Source: Candidatus Ozemobacteraceae bacterium
GTDB taxonomy: Bacteria; Muiribacteriota; Ozemobacteria; Ozemobacterales; Ozemobacteraceae
NCBI GenBank assembly: GCA_965140445.1
Contig: OZ223236.1
Span: 992,001 to 1,056,000, forward strand
Direction of reading: 5' to 3'
Length of the DNA stretch: 64,000 bases
A program made the translations under genes and the position numbers. Under the pieces are notes generated by a model. That model was not told the DNA's origin. It searched no databases and saw only the letters and a program-made list of their open reading frames with translations. Positions 48,419 through 58,285 of the stretch are shown piece after piece (within the stretch, counting starts at the first letter, position 1; each line of letters opens with the position of its first letter).

Positions 48419-51400
48419 ATGCGCGTAACAAATCAATACATCGTAAATTCCTTCATTAACCAGATAAATAGGAACAATAGTGCTTTAAGCTCTATGCAGA
48501 TTAAAGTCAGTTCTGGCAAGAAGTATATTAAGGCATCTGAAAATCCTGTTGACAACGCTCTGGCAATGCAACACAAAACAGAGGTCTTTGAAGGAACGCA
48601 GTATAAGAAAAATATTGAACATACCCAGGACTGGTATAACAATATTGATGCCTCTTTGACTACAATGGAGTCTACTTTGCAGCGAATAAGAGAGCTGGCT
48701 GTTCAGGGTGCAAACGATACTTTGGTTCAGGAAGATCGTGACGCTATAGCCGAGGAGTTGGATCAGCTTGTTGGTATGCTTGTTGACGTTGGAAACACAA
48801 GCGTTGCCGGTGAGTATATTTTTTCAGGGCATGATGTTGATAAGCGGCCTTTTGAAATTTTAGATGGTCAGACTCCTGGAAAAATGAATGGAATGGTTAC
48901 TTTTTCTCTCGGAGATGTTCGGGACAAAATTAATTTAAATAATCCGCTTGAAATTGCTTATTACGGCGATGATAAGCGAATGACTACTGAGATAGAGCGT
49001 GGCTCAATTATTGAAAAGAGTATTTCTGGCCAGGAGTTGTTTTTTGGAACTGATCAGATAGTTCCCACGCCTGATTTTACTTACACTTTGCCACCCCTTG
49101 AAGAAAGCCTGTATTTAACCATGCTTAATAATGGGCGTGGCGTGCAGGATGGAATTATGGTTGTTACTGACCATAATGGTGTGGACCACAAAATTGATAT
49201 TTCACCCGCTCATCGGCTGGATGATGTAATTGGAATAATTAACGCTACGGGTTCATTCGAAGCTGGTATTGAAGAAGTGCCTTCTGATACAGCTTCTGCA
49301 TTGGGGCTTTATAGAAATGCCGGCGAGAGTAATACTCTTATAGGTATTTCTGACCCCAAAATGCTTTCTGAGTTTACGAATCTGTCTGATTTGAATAATG
49401 GCCTGGGCGTAGCTGACGGCTATTTGAATATAAACACTCGAGATGGGCGAAACTTTCGCGTAGATATAACAGGTGCTAACACGGTTGGCGATGTTTTGAC
49501 GCGAATTAATGCGCTTGAGGGTGGAACGGTTTTGAAAGCTACCTTTGATATGATTCACAAGAGAATTGATATTAAAGATACTACCGGGGGAGCTGGTAAT
49601 CTGTCTATTCAGTCCACTAAATCCCAGCTTTATTTAAAGGATTTGGATCCTCATGTCGCTCAGGACCTTGGTCTTTTGCAGAATGTTGGGGGGGGGAACG
49701 TGATGTTCTCTGATTATGATTCAGATCTGGAATCTGAGGCTACTCCTTTTCAGTTCTTGAATGGCGGGAAAGGGATTGAGGCTGGATATGTTGACATTAC
49801 AGGGCATGATGGAGTTGTCAGCAGGATTGATTTGACAACAGCTAATACTCCCCAGGACGTGGTAGATGCAATCAATGCTCAAGCAGGCGGAAATCAAACA
49901 GCTGCATTTGATCCTAACAGTAAAAGGATTCAAATAACCGATAATACAGTTGGGGCAAATGATTTTAAAATTGAGGAAGTCTTTGGCACAAATGATTTGT
50001 CTGTGAGAGAAATTACTACGGTAGTAAAAAGTTTAGGGCTTCTTAAGTCGGCTCAGGGAAATGCTATCGTTGGCGATATAATAGCGCCTGGCCAGCCAGC
50101 TTCGACGTTGCTTTCAACTTTAACTCCACCGCCAGAAAGAGGATTTCTAGTCCTGAGAGGTGCGGATGATGTTCCTGTAGAAGTTGACCTTACAGGCGCC
50201 AATACAATTCAGGACGTTGTTGATGGTATTAACAATACTGGAAAATTTGAAGCGTCATGGGATTCGGTTAACGGCAAATTTCTTGTTTCAGATCCGGGCG
50301 CAGCTTCTGGTGAGTATGGAATTCGCATTGAAGAAAAGACAAACGCGGCTAGAGATCTTGGTTTTATAACCGGGTCGGCAAATTATGCTCAAAAAGAGCT
50401 GACTGGTGCTCCAATTGCCGTTAAGGCTTTGCCTACTCTTACTGGCGGACTGGATCTTGATCCTGCAGTAACCAAAGAAACAGAACTTGAGGCTTTAAAC
50501 TCCAGCAGAACTTTTAATAGTGGTGTAAATCTTGGATATATAAGAATAACCGATAAAGCCGGGCATTTTCAGGCAATTGATCTGCGTGGCTGTAAAACAG
50601 TCGGCGATGTTATGGATAAGATAAATGATCCAGCCAATGGCTTGTATGTTGAAGCTCGTATAAATAAAGATCAAAACGGCTTGGAAATTGTTGATAAAAA
50701 CAACGGAGCTCCTGGCAAACTTCAAATTATTGATATCGACAGCACTTCTGCGGCAGACCTTGGGATTCTTGGTAATACAGTTGATACCAACATCGTTGGT
50801 AAGGATATAGACCCAGGTTTGAGATCTTCAACCCCAGTTTCAGCTTTAAATGTCAACAATGGTGGGGTTCCGCTGGGTAAGGTTTACATTCAGAGTGGAG
50901 ATTTCTCAGGAGAGATTGATCTGTCGGGGTGCAAAACTGTTGGAGAGATGCTGGATAAATTGTCCAATTCTGACAACAGATTTAATCTGCAGGCCTGGGT
51001 GTCTGAAGATGGCTCTAAAATCAATTTAACCAACACTAAAGGGCAACCATATATAAAAGTCAGAGATATGGGCGGAGATCAGCCAAACACGGCTTCAAGT
51101 CTAGGGCTTGGTTCTTCTCCGAGTATGTTTTCTAATATTCTTGATTTGCGAGACAACCTGCTTCGCAATGATCCAGATGCAATTTCTTTTGAAAGTTTGA
51201 AAAAGCTTGATGAAGACCTGGAACGTGTTCTAAAACTGCACGCAGAGGTGGGTGCCAAATACAATAGAGTTGATGCGGCAAAAGAAAAACAAGAAAATTT
51301 GACATTAAACCTAAAGGAAATGCTTAGTTCTGTCGAAGATATAGATATGGCAGAAGCTATTACCAGAATGACAGAATTAGAAACTGCATATCAGGCAGCT

Positions 51401-51454
51401 CTACAGACTGGTTCGAGAGTTCTGCAGACGACTTTGTTGGACTTTCTCAGATAA
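48419..51454 (+). CDS. flgL: Hook-associated protein FlgL, enlarged to 1011 aa
   Basis: MRVT...SSGKK..ASENP, GEYIFSG; EDIDMAEAIT...AYQAAL...TLLDFLR. Confidence 0.95.
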   Translation: MRVTNQYIVNSFINQINRNNSALSSMQIKVSSGKKYIKASENPVDNALAMQHKTEVFEGTQYKKNIEHTQDWYNNIDASLTTMESTLQRIRELAVQGANDTLVQEDRDAIAEELDQLVGMLVDVGNTSVAGEYIFSGHDVDKRPFEILDGQTPGKMNGMVTFSLGDVRDKINLNNPLEIAYYGDDKRMTTEIERGSIIEKSISGQELFFGTDQIVPTPDFTYTLPPLEESLYLTMLNNGRGVQDGIMVVTDHNGVDHKIDISPAHRLDDVIGIINATGSFEAGIEEVPSDTASALGLYRNAGESNTLIGISDPKMLSEFTNLSDLNNGLGVADGYLNINTRDGRNFRVDITGANTVGDVLTRINALEGGTVLKATFDMIHKRIDIKDTTGGAGNLSIQSTKSQLYLKDLDPHVAQDLGLLQNVGGGNVMFSDYDSDLESEATPFQFLNGGKGIEAGYVDITGHDGVVSRIDLTTANTPQDVVDAINAQAGGNQTAAFDPNSKRIQITDNTVGANDFKIEEVFGTNDLSVREITTVVKSLGLLKSAQGNAIVGDIIAPGQPASTLLSTLTPPPERGFLVLRGADDVPVEVDLTGANTIQDVVDGINNTGKFEASWDSVNGKFLVSDPGAASGEYGIRIEEKTNAARDLGFITGSANYAQKELTGAPIAVKALPTLTGGLDLDPAVTKETELEALNSSRTFNSGVNLGYIRITDKAGHFQAIDLRGCKTVGDVMDKINDPANGLYVEARINKDQNGLEIVDKNNGAPGKLQIIDIDSTSAADLGILGNTVDTNIVGKDIDPGLRSSTPVSALNVNNGGVPLGKVYIQSGDFSGEIDLSGCKTVGEMLDKLSNSDNRFNLQAWVSEDGSKINLTNTKGQPYIKVRDMGGDQPNTASSLGLGSSPSMFSNILDLRDNLLRNDPDAISFESLKKLDEDLERVLKLHAEVGAKYNRVDAAKEKQENLTLNLKEMLSSVEDIDMAEAITRMTELETAYQAALQTGSRVLQTTLLDFLR

Positions 51455-51477
51455 AGCTAAGGAATTAAACTGTTGTT

Positions 51478-51975
51478 ATGAAAATTTCCACTACTAGATT
51501 TGGAAAAATTGATATCGCTCAAGAAGAGATAATCACCTTTAAGGAAGGATTGCTCGGCTTTGAGGACTATCACAGTTACATTGTTCTAAATCCTGAAGAC
51601 GGTGGACCGTTCAGATGGATGCAATGTGTTGACGACGGAAGCCTTGCGTTTGTAATTATTGAGCCTCTCAGTTTCATGTTTGCATATGATCTTGAGATCT
51701 CAGATTCAGACGCTGAATTTATTGGGCTTACAAGAGCTGAAGATGCCGTTTTATACGTTATCGTTTCAATTCCTGCTAATCCTCAGGATATGACAGCTAA
51801 TCTGCAGGGGCCGATTGTGGTAAACGCAAAAAGCCGCCACGGAAGACAGGTTATTTCTACCAACAGCAGACATTCTGTGAAGGTCAGGATTCTTGACGAA
51901 ATGGAAAAAAGAGCGGCCAAGCTCAAGGAAATTCAGGATTCTCTCGACTCCGACGCTAAGGGAGGAGAGGGATAA
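51478..51975 (+). CDS. fliW: Flagellar assembly factor FliW
   Basis: [25 protein letters not shown]. Confidence 0.95.
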   Translation: MKISTTRFGKIDIAQEEIITFKEGLLGFEDYHSYIVLNPEDGGPFRWMQCVDDGSLAFVIIEPLSFMFAYDLEISDSDAEFIGLTRAEDAVLYVIVSIPANPQDMTANLQGPIVVNAKSRHGRQVISTNSRHSVKVRILDEMEKRAAKLKEIQDSLDSDAKGGEG

Positions 51976-52220
51976 TGCTGGTTCTAACCAGAAAGATTAA
52001 CGAAAAAATCATCATTGGTGACGATGTTGAAATTGTTCTGGTCGATATTGGCAAGGACCAGGTAAAAATTGGCATCAATGCTCCCAGAAGCGTAAAAGTT
52101 CATCGCTGGGAAGTATACGAAGAAATTCAGAAAGAAAATCGTGAAGCTGCTAAAACAGTGTCTCTTGATCCACTTAAGAGCCTTCCTCAAGATATTCTGA
52201 AAAAATTTGGAAAAAAGTAA
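51975..52220 (+). CDS. csrA: Carbon storage regulator CsrA
   Basis: MLVLTRK..E.IIIG...[14 protein letters not shown]. Confidence 0.97.
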   Translation: MLVLTRKINEKIIIGDDVEIVLVDIGKDQVKIGINAPRSVKVHRWEVYEEIQKENREAAKTVSLDPLKSLPQDILKKFGKK

Positions 52221-52299
52221 ATATAGGCAAAAACACGAGAAAAACAGAGAAAAGTGGAGTATAAGGAATATAAACGGTCGAAATCATTGAAATTCAGGT

Positions 52300-52328
52300 T
52301 AATGTTTAGTTATCAAGAATTCCGATGA
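52300..52328 (+). promoter_or_regulatory. Possible sigma28 promoter of flagellin
   Basis: TAAT-N17-TCCGATGA, a weaker match. Confidence 0.4.
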
Positions 52329-52411
52329 GATTATAAGAACGGGGAATAAAAAAGCTACGAAGCGAAAATAAATAACGGATTAGATCCCCAACTAGTCATG
52401 GAGGCAAACCT

Positions 52412-55024
52412 ATGGCCCTGCGTATTAACCACAACATAACGGCTTTGAATTCGCACAGTAATCTGGTAAAAAATGATGCCAGACTGTCAGGTTCAATCGA
52501 GCGACTTTCATCAGGATTAAGAATTAATCGTGCTTCTGATGATGCTGCTGGTTTGACTATTTCCGAAAAGCTACGCACTCAGGTGCGCGGTATTAATCGG
52601 GCTGTCATGAACGTTCAGGACGGCATTAGTCTTATTCAGACTGCAGAAGGTGCTCTAAATGAAACGCACAGTATGCTACAGCGAATGCGTGAGCTTGCGT
52701 TGCAATCAGGGAACGACACCCTAACTACCACTGATCGCCTGGAAATTCAGAAAGAAGTTGCACAACTTAAAGAAGACATTGACCGCATTTCATACGGCAC
52801 TGAATTCAATACCAGAAAGCTCTTAGACGGCTCTGGAACCGCAACGATTTCTACCAGTGATCCAAGTAACCTTGACGGCGTTGTAGTCGGCGAGGTATTA
52901 ACCTTTTCAGATTTCTCTGTAGTTGTATGGCCTAAATCTGAATATGTTCCTGGTGTTGGACAGAAAGTCTACAGCGGAACTCCAGAACAACAGCGTTCTA
53001 ACATTTTTACTAAGACTGATGGTACTATAGCTTCCTCTGGAACTACTCTTCAGTCTATCGCAAACTTTTATGACAACAATGGTCACTTCATTCTTGATTT
53101 ACCTCAAACCCTCTATTTGCAGGGTGACAACAGTCAGGGCGAAATCGTTGTAAGTAAAGACATTACTCTTAATCAGCTTACTGAAAGAATTCAGGCTGGT
53201 ATGACAGAGGATCAGCTGGGAAAAGGGCTTCATTTTGAAGGCTCCAAGTCTCAGATGTGGACTTACGGCGAAAACAACGGTCAGATTCTTGTTACTTCAG
53301 GCAGAAACGGCGAACTAGGACGCATTAACTTTACTGGCGAAGAAAGCCTGGTTAAGGCTCTCGGTTTCCAGCAGACAGTTGTTCCTGAAGATCCGGTCTA
53401 CTCTGTTGTCAGCACCAATATTGGGGTTCCGTTTGGAGAAAGAACTCAGATTACTACTCAGATCGCTGGCCACCGTGCTGCTGGTTTGATTGAAGGTATT
53501 GATCTGATGTTTGAGCCGCCTATTAATGCGCATGTTGATACGATGTCAGCTGAAGTGGGCATTTCTATTGCTGCTCCGATCGTTTTTAATATTGATGATT
53601 CAATTTCTGCTACTGCAACAGCTCCAATAAACATCCCTGTGGGAATGTTTAGTATGAATCAGATTGCAGATATGATTAACTCGGCTCTTACAACTGTTAG
53701 TGCTCAAGTTAGAGCAAAGATAAACGATCACTATGCATTAGAACTATACAGTCTTAATACTGGTTCGGCGGCGTTTGTTTCAATTTCTAACTTACCAGTA
53801 GGCGTTCAGAATGAATTGGGCGTAGCTAACGGAAGATACACTGGAACAGGTGGAAATCCAGGCGTTGCAAATGCTTACGATGTTATTACCAGCTTCGATC
53901 TCTCCACTGGTAATAATGTTAGCTTTCAGTTAAGAGATGCTCATTCTACTGCCAGTACAACTGTAATAAATCTTTCGGGCAACTATACTGCGGGTGGCTT
54001 AAACTCAATGGTTGAAGCCATTAATATGCAGATCGGAGCAAATGGTCTCCAGGTTGTTGCCGAAAACAATAATGGCATATTAAGCTTCAGGTCTCTTGAG
54101 ACAGGCGTTGAGTCAAACTTCACAATTACTGATCTTGGCGGTGGACAGCCTATTGATACAGGTATTAAGCTTCATCCTCAAACTACCATAACTGGTTTTG
54201 ATGGTAATCCTGCTGATCAGAATTTCGCATATAATCAGGCTGCTTCAAAATGGGGATATGCAATTGTTTCCAGTGCACTGACTGCTGCTTCAGACAACTT
54301 ATCGTTCTTTGTGGCAGATCTGGATGGAAACGGTATGACTATTACTGTTTCGGCAGGTGATATCGGCTCTTCTTTCAGAGGAATTGTTTCTATTGCTAAC
54401 CTAATTAACAGCACTGCAAGTGCTAGTGGTGTAAAGGTTAATGCAGAAATCAATACTTCTCAGCAAACACTAAAGTTGTTCTCAACAATACCTGGTAAAG
54501 AGGGTAGGGTTGTAATGACTGAGCTGGGTAGCCCTGATTCAGTAAACACTCTCAAATCAATCTGGAACGTAGATCCTGTAGCATACGAAAACGGTGTTGG
54601 AAACTATTCTTACACCATGCATGTTAAGGATACTTCGATTCAATTCCAGATTGGGCCAAACCAGGGGCATGTTGCGGTCTCGAATATTATTCGAACTGAC
54701 GTGAAAGCTTTGGGAATTGAAGATCTGGATCTTACAACTGCCAAATCTTCTGAGATTGCAATTGGTTTGATTGATAAAGCTCTCCAAATGGTTTCTTCAG
54801 AACGCGCCAAACTCGGTGCGATCGAAAATCGTATGACTTACACTCAGAACAGTTTGCGCGTTGCGCTTCAGAATATGACTGCTTCTGAATCCAGAATCAG
54901 AGACGTTGACATGGCATCTGAAGTAATCGCCATGACTTCAGCTCAGATTCTCCAACAGGCAAGTAATGCTATGGTTGGACAAGCTAACTCAAGCGCACAG
55001 AGCGTTCTTCAGCTTCTCCAATAA
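52412..55024 (+). CDS. fliC: Flagellin, enlarged to 870 aa
   Basis: ERLSSGLRINRASDDAAGL, QRMREL; RAKLGAIENR, ESRIRDVDMA, QAN..AQSVLQLL. Confidence 0.97.
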   Translation: MALRINHNITALNSHSNLVKNDARLSGSIERLSSGLRINRASDDAAGLTISEKLRTQVRGINRAVMNVQDGISLIQTAEGALNETHSMLQRMRELALQSGNDTLTTTDRLEIQKEVAQLKEDIDRISYGTEFNTRKLLDGSGTATISTSDPSNLDGVVVGEVLTFSDFSVVVWPKSEYVPGVGQKVYSGTPEQQRSNIFTKTDGTIASSGTTLQSIANFYDNNGHFILDLPQTLYLQGDNSQGEIVVSKDITLNQLTERIQAGMTEDQLGKGLHFEGSKSQMWTYGENNGQILVTSGRNGELGRINFTGEESLVKALGFQQTVVPEDPVYSVVSTNIGVPFGERTQITTQIAGHRAAGLIEGIDLMFEPPINAHVDTMSAEVGISIAAPIVFNIDDSISATATAPINIPVGMFSMNQIADMINSALTTVSAQVRAKINDHYALELYSLNTGSAAFVSISNLPVGVQNELGVANGRYTGTGGNPGVANAYDVITSFDLSTGNNVSFQLRDAHSTASTTVINLSGNYTAGGLNSMVEAINMQIGANGLQVVAENNNGILSFRSLETGVESNFTITDLGGGQPIDTGIKLHPQTTITGFDGNPADQNFAYNQAASKWGYAIVSSALTAASDNLSFFVADLDGNGMTITVSAGDIGSSFRGIVSIANLINSTASASGVKVNAEINTSQQTLKLFSTIPGKEGRVVMTELGSPDSVNTLKSIWNVDPVAYENGVGNYSYTMHVKDTSIQFQIGPNQGHVAVSNIIRTDVKALGIEDLDLTTAKSSEIAIGLIDKALQMVSSERAKLGAIENRMTYTQNSLRVALQNMTASESRIRDVDMASEVIAMTSAQILQQASNAMVGQANSSAQSVLQLLQ

Positions 55025-55059
55025 TAAAGCAGCTACTGTTGGTATAACATAGGTTTGCA

Positions 55060-55087
55060 AGGCCCGCCTTTTGGCGGGCTTTTTTTT
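55060..55087 (+). terminator. Intrinsic terminator
   Basis: GCCCGCC-tttt-GGCGGGC followed by T8. Confidence 0.92.
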
Positions 55088-55301
55088 ATTCCCGAAAAGC
55101 TGTTGCCTGGCAGTAACTTACGAATTGGGTTAAAAGCTAAAGCTGTTTAATTGTTGTTGAGGCCAGGTTTGGTTAAGTATAAACTCTTGGTTGCGATTTT
55201 GGTAACGGGTTCTGTTTTGTTTGTTGGGTTGTGCGTTAACGATATCGCAACAAAATGGTTGCAATGTTATGAAACCTCTTTTTATCGCATGAATTAGATA
55301 T

Positions 55302-55316
55302 TGGCACAATAAATGC
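55302..55316 (+). promoter_or_regulatory. Sigma54 (-24/-12) promoter
   Basis: TGGCAC-AATAA-ATGC with exact GG-N10-GC spacing. Confidence 0.7.
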
Positions 55317-55353
55317 GATGGTTGTAGAAAAACAAAAATTAGGAGATATCAAG

Positions 55354-55665
55354 ATGTCTACAACCGTTGAAAAACTCGATTCAAAAAACTTTACAGAATT
55401 TGTTGGTTCAGGAACCGCTTTAGTTGATTTCTGGGCTCCGTGGTGTGGACCTTGCCAGATGCAGCTCCCTATTCTTGATGCAGTTGCTCAGAACGTCGGT
55501 GATAAAGCAAAAATTGGAAAATTGAATGTTGAAGAAAGCCCTGATGTGGCTGCCAAATTCAGTATTTTCAGTATTCCAACTTTAATATTGTTTAAAGACA
55601 GTAAGCCGGTAAAAACATTTCAGGGCGTTCAAACTCAAGACACACTTGTTAAAGCAGTATCTTAA
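55354..55665 (+). CDS. trxA: Thioredoxin
   Basis: WAPWCGPC, SIPTL; AGGAG SD before ATG 55354. Confidence 0.95.
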   Translation: MSTTVEKLDSKNFTEFVGSGTALVDFWAPWCGPCQMQLPILDAVAQNVGDKAKIGKLNVEESPDVAAKFSIFSIPTLILFKDSKPVKTFQGVQTQDTLVKAVS

Positions 55666-55680
55666 AGAAAGGGGCATACT

Positions 55681-58134
55681 ATGAAATTACTAATTGTTGG
55701 TGGAGTTGCTGGTGGAGCCAGTGCGGCAGCAAGAGCGAGACGCCTGGATGAAAATGCAGAAATAATAATGTTTGAACGTGGCCCTGATATTTCTTTTGCA
55801 AACTGTGGTCTTCCTTATCATATTGGAAACGTCATTGAAGACAGGGAAAGACTTCTGGTTACAAATCCAGCAGCGATGAAAGAAAAATTCAATCTTGATG
55901 TGCGGGTAAATAACGAGGTTTTAACTGTTAACCGCGAAAAGAAAGAAGTTAGAGTTAAAGATTTAATTTCAGGTAACGAATATAGCGAAAGCTATGATTT
56001 TCTTGTTCTAAGTCCTGGTGCTGCAGCAATAAGGCCGCCAATTCCGGGGTTGGATAACGAAGGGATTTTTACTCTTCGTAATCTTGAAGACATGGATGCA
56101 ATTAAATCAGCTATTAAAGACAAAAAATCTGCAGTAGTTGTGGGTGGTGGTTATATCGGTCTTGAAATGATCGAGGCTTTGCGTCATCTTGGCATGAACG
56201 TTTCTCTGGTGGAATTGGCAGAACAGGTCATGGGGCCAGCTGATCCTGAAATGGCAACGTTGCTGCACAATGAAATTAAGTTAAACGGCGTTGATCTTCA
56301 GCTTGGTAAATCTTTAACCAAAGTTGAAAAGAATGGTGAAAAACTTGAAGTAATACTTAGCTCAGGCGAATCAATTCGCACTGATGTGATAATCATGGCA
56401 ATCGGTGTAAAGCCTGAAAACAAAATGGCAAAAGAAGCTGGGCTTGAAATAGGTGTTACTGGTGGAATTAAAGTTAACGAAAGAATGGAAACCAGCGATA
56501 AAAATATTTTTGCCGTTGGTGATGCAGTTGAAGTTATTGATTTCAACACCGGCAAACCTGCTTTAATTCCTTTGGCTGGTCCGGCAAACAGACAGGGTAG
56601 AATTGCTGTTGACAATATTTTCGGCAAAGATCGAAAATATCAGCAAACCCAGGGCTCGGCTGTTTGTAAAATATTTGATTTAACTTTCGGAATGACCGGG
56701 CTTAGCGAAAAATCAGCAATTAAAAACTCAATCAAATACGATAAGGTTTATGTTCACCCGGCAAGCCATGCTTCATATTACCCAGGAGCTCATTCTATTG
56801 CATTTAAGTTGATCTATGACCCTGAAACCGGAAAGGTTCTTGGCGGTCAGGCAGTTGGCGTTGATGGTGTTGATAAAAGAATCGACGTTATCGCAGTAGC
56901 TGTTAGAGCTGGTCTTACTGTTTATGATCTTGAAGAAATTGAACTTGTATATGCTCCTCCTTATGGTTCTGCAAAAGATCCGGTAAACTATGCGGCCTTC
57001 GTGGCAGGAAATATTCTCAGAGGTGACGCAGAACACTTCCACGCAAAGGATGTCGAAAATTTTACCAACAATCAAAAGCTTCTGGATGTGAGAACTACTG
57101 AAGAAGTTGTTGCGGGAATGATAAAGGGTGCAAAGCATATTCCTTTACATGAACTTCGTTCAAGAATTGATGAGCTTGAGCCAGAAAAAGAGTATATGAT
57201 TTATTGTGCCGCTGGTCTGAGAGGTTATCTCGCATACAGGATTCTGAAACAGAAAGGATTCCGGGCAAGCAATCTTGATGGCGGTTATATGACCTATAAT
57301 ATGGTGAACGCGCCAAATAATGCTTTTTATCACAAGAAGGAAATGTCTGACGATACCGGTGGCGATTCTGATCGGGAGGCTGATTCGACAGGCTCAAAAA
57401 AACTTGATATTAAACAAAAAATTGACGCATGTGGCTTGCAATGCCCCGGACCTATCGGAAAACTTCGCAAAGCTATTGATGAAGTAGATATCGGGGAAGG
57501 TGTAGAGATTGTTTCTACTGATCCTGGATTTGCGGCTGATGTACCTGCCTGGTGTCAGACTACAGGAAATAACTGTGTTTCCGTTGAAAAAGTGCAGGGT
57601 GGTAAATATAAAGCTGTTATTCAGAAAAAAGGCCCTCAGAAGTGTAATGCCATAACCAGTTGCGAAAAAGGTATGACTAATGTTGTTTTCAGTAACGATC
57701 TGGATAAGGCTATGGCAGCGCTGATTATTGCTAATGGAGCTGCTGCTGCTGGATACAAAGTAACTCTTTTCTTCACTTTCTGGGGTCTTGCGCTTCTAAG
57801 AAAAGAGGACGGAGCGCCGGTTAAAAAGAATATTGTTGAAAAAATGTTTGGAATAATGCTTCCAAAAGGTGTTGATGGAGCCAAGTTGTCGAAAATGCAT
57901 ATGGGCGGCATGGGTACTGCAATGATGCATAAAGTTATGGCAGATAAGAATGTTTCATCGTTAAAAGAGCTTCTCGAACAAACCATTGAAAATGGAATTC
58001 GCCTTGTAGCATGCTCTATGAGCATGGATGTGATGGGAATAAAAGAAGAAGAGCTTATTGATGGCGTTGAAATTGGAGGAGTGGCAATGTACATTAACGA
58101 ATTAAGTCAGGGATCGTCTGGACTATTTATTTAA
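55681..58134 (+). CDS. CoA-disulfide/persulfide reductase fused to rhodanese, TusA/SirA and DsrE-like domains
   Basis: GGVAGG, SFANCGLPY, YAPPY; LLDVR..YCAAGLRG; DACGLQCPGP; LFFTFWGL..ACSMSMD. Confidence 0.92.
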   Translation: MKLLIVGGVAGGASAAARARRLDENAEIIMFERGPDISFANCGLPYHIGNVIEDRERLLVTNPAAMKEKFNLDVRVNNEVLTVNREKKEVRVKDLISGNEYSESYDFLVLSPGAAAIRPPIPGLDNEGIFTLRNLEDMDAIKSAIKDKKSAVVVGGGYIGLEMIEALRHLGMNVSLVELAEQVMGPADPEMATLLHNEIKLNGVDLQLGKSLTKVEKNGEKLEVILSSGESIRTDVIIMAIGVKPENKMAKEAGLEIGVTGGIKVNERMETSDKNIFAVGDAVEVIDFNTGKPALIPLAGPANRQGRIAVDNIFGKDRKYQQTQGSAVCKIFDLTFGMTGLSEKSAIKNSIKYDKVYVHPASHASYYPGAHSIAFKLIYDPETGKVLGGQAVGVDGVDKRIDVIAVAVRAGLTVYDLEEIELVYAPPYGSAKDPVNYAAFVAGNILRGDAEHFHAKDVENFTNNQKLLDVRTTEEVVAGMIKGAKHIPLHELRSRIDELEPEKEYMIYCAAGLRGYLAYRILKQKGFRASNLDGGYMTYNMVNAPNNAFYHKKEMSDDTGGDSDREADSTGSKKLDIKQKIDACGLQCPGPIGKLRKAIDEVDIGEGVEIVSTDPGFAADVPAWCQTTGNNCVSVEKVQGGKYKAVIQKKGPQKCNAITSCEKGMTNVVFSNDLDKAMAALIIANGAAAAGYKVTLFFTFWGLALLRKEDGAPVKKNIVEKMFGIMLPKGVDGAKLSKMHMGGMGTAMMHKVMADKNVSSLKELLEQTIENGIRLVACSMSMDVMGIKEEELIDGVEIGGVAMYINELSQGSSGLFI

Positions 58135-58152
58135 AACCACTCACAGACGTTG

Positions 58153-58184
58153 AAAGAAGGGGGGCGTAAAGCCCCCCTTCTTTT
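58153..58184 (+). terminator. Intrinsic terminator
   Basis: AAAGAAGGGGGGC-gtaaa-GCCCCCCTTCTTTT. Confidence 0.9.
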
Positions 58185-58206
58185 GTACCGCTACAAAGGT
58201 TTTTTG

Positions 58207-58235
58207 TTGATTAAAGAAAAAAATGGTGCTAGGCT
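58207..58235 (+). promoter_or_regulatory. Possible sigma70 promoter of the secretin operon
   Basis: TTGATT-17-TAGGCT with TGn. Confidence 0.45.
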
Positions 58236-58285
58236 TAGGCCAATAAATATTGTTATTAAATAAAAAAAGAGGCAGAGGTGTTCTA

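Noticed and set aside
55318..55353. Longer thioredoxin start
   Set aside because: Abuts the sigma54 -12 element; a good SD precedes ATG 55354
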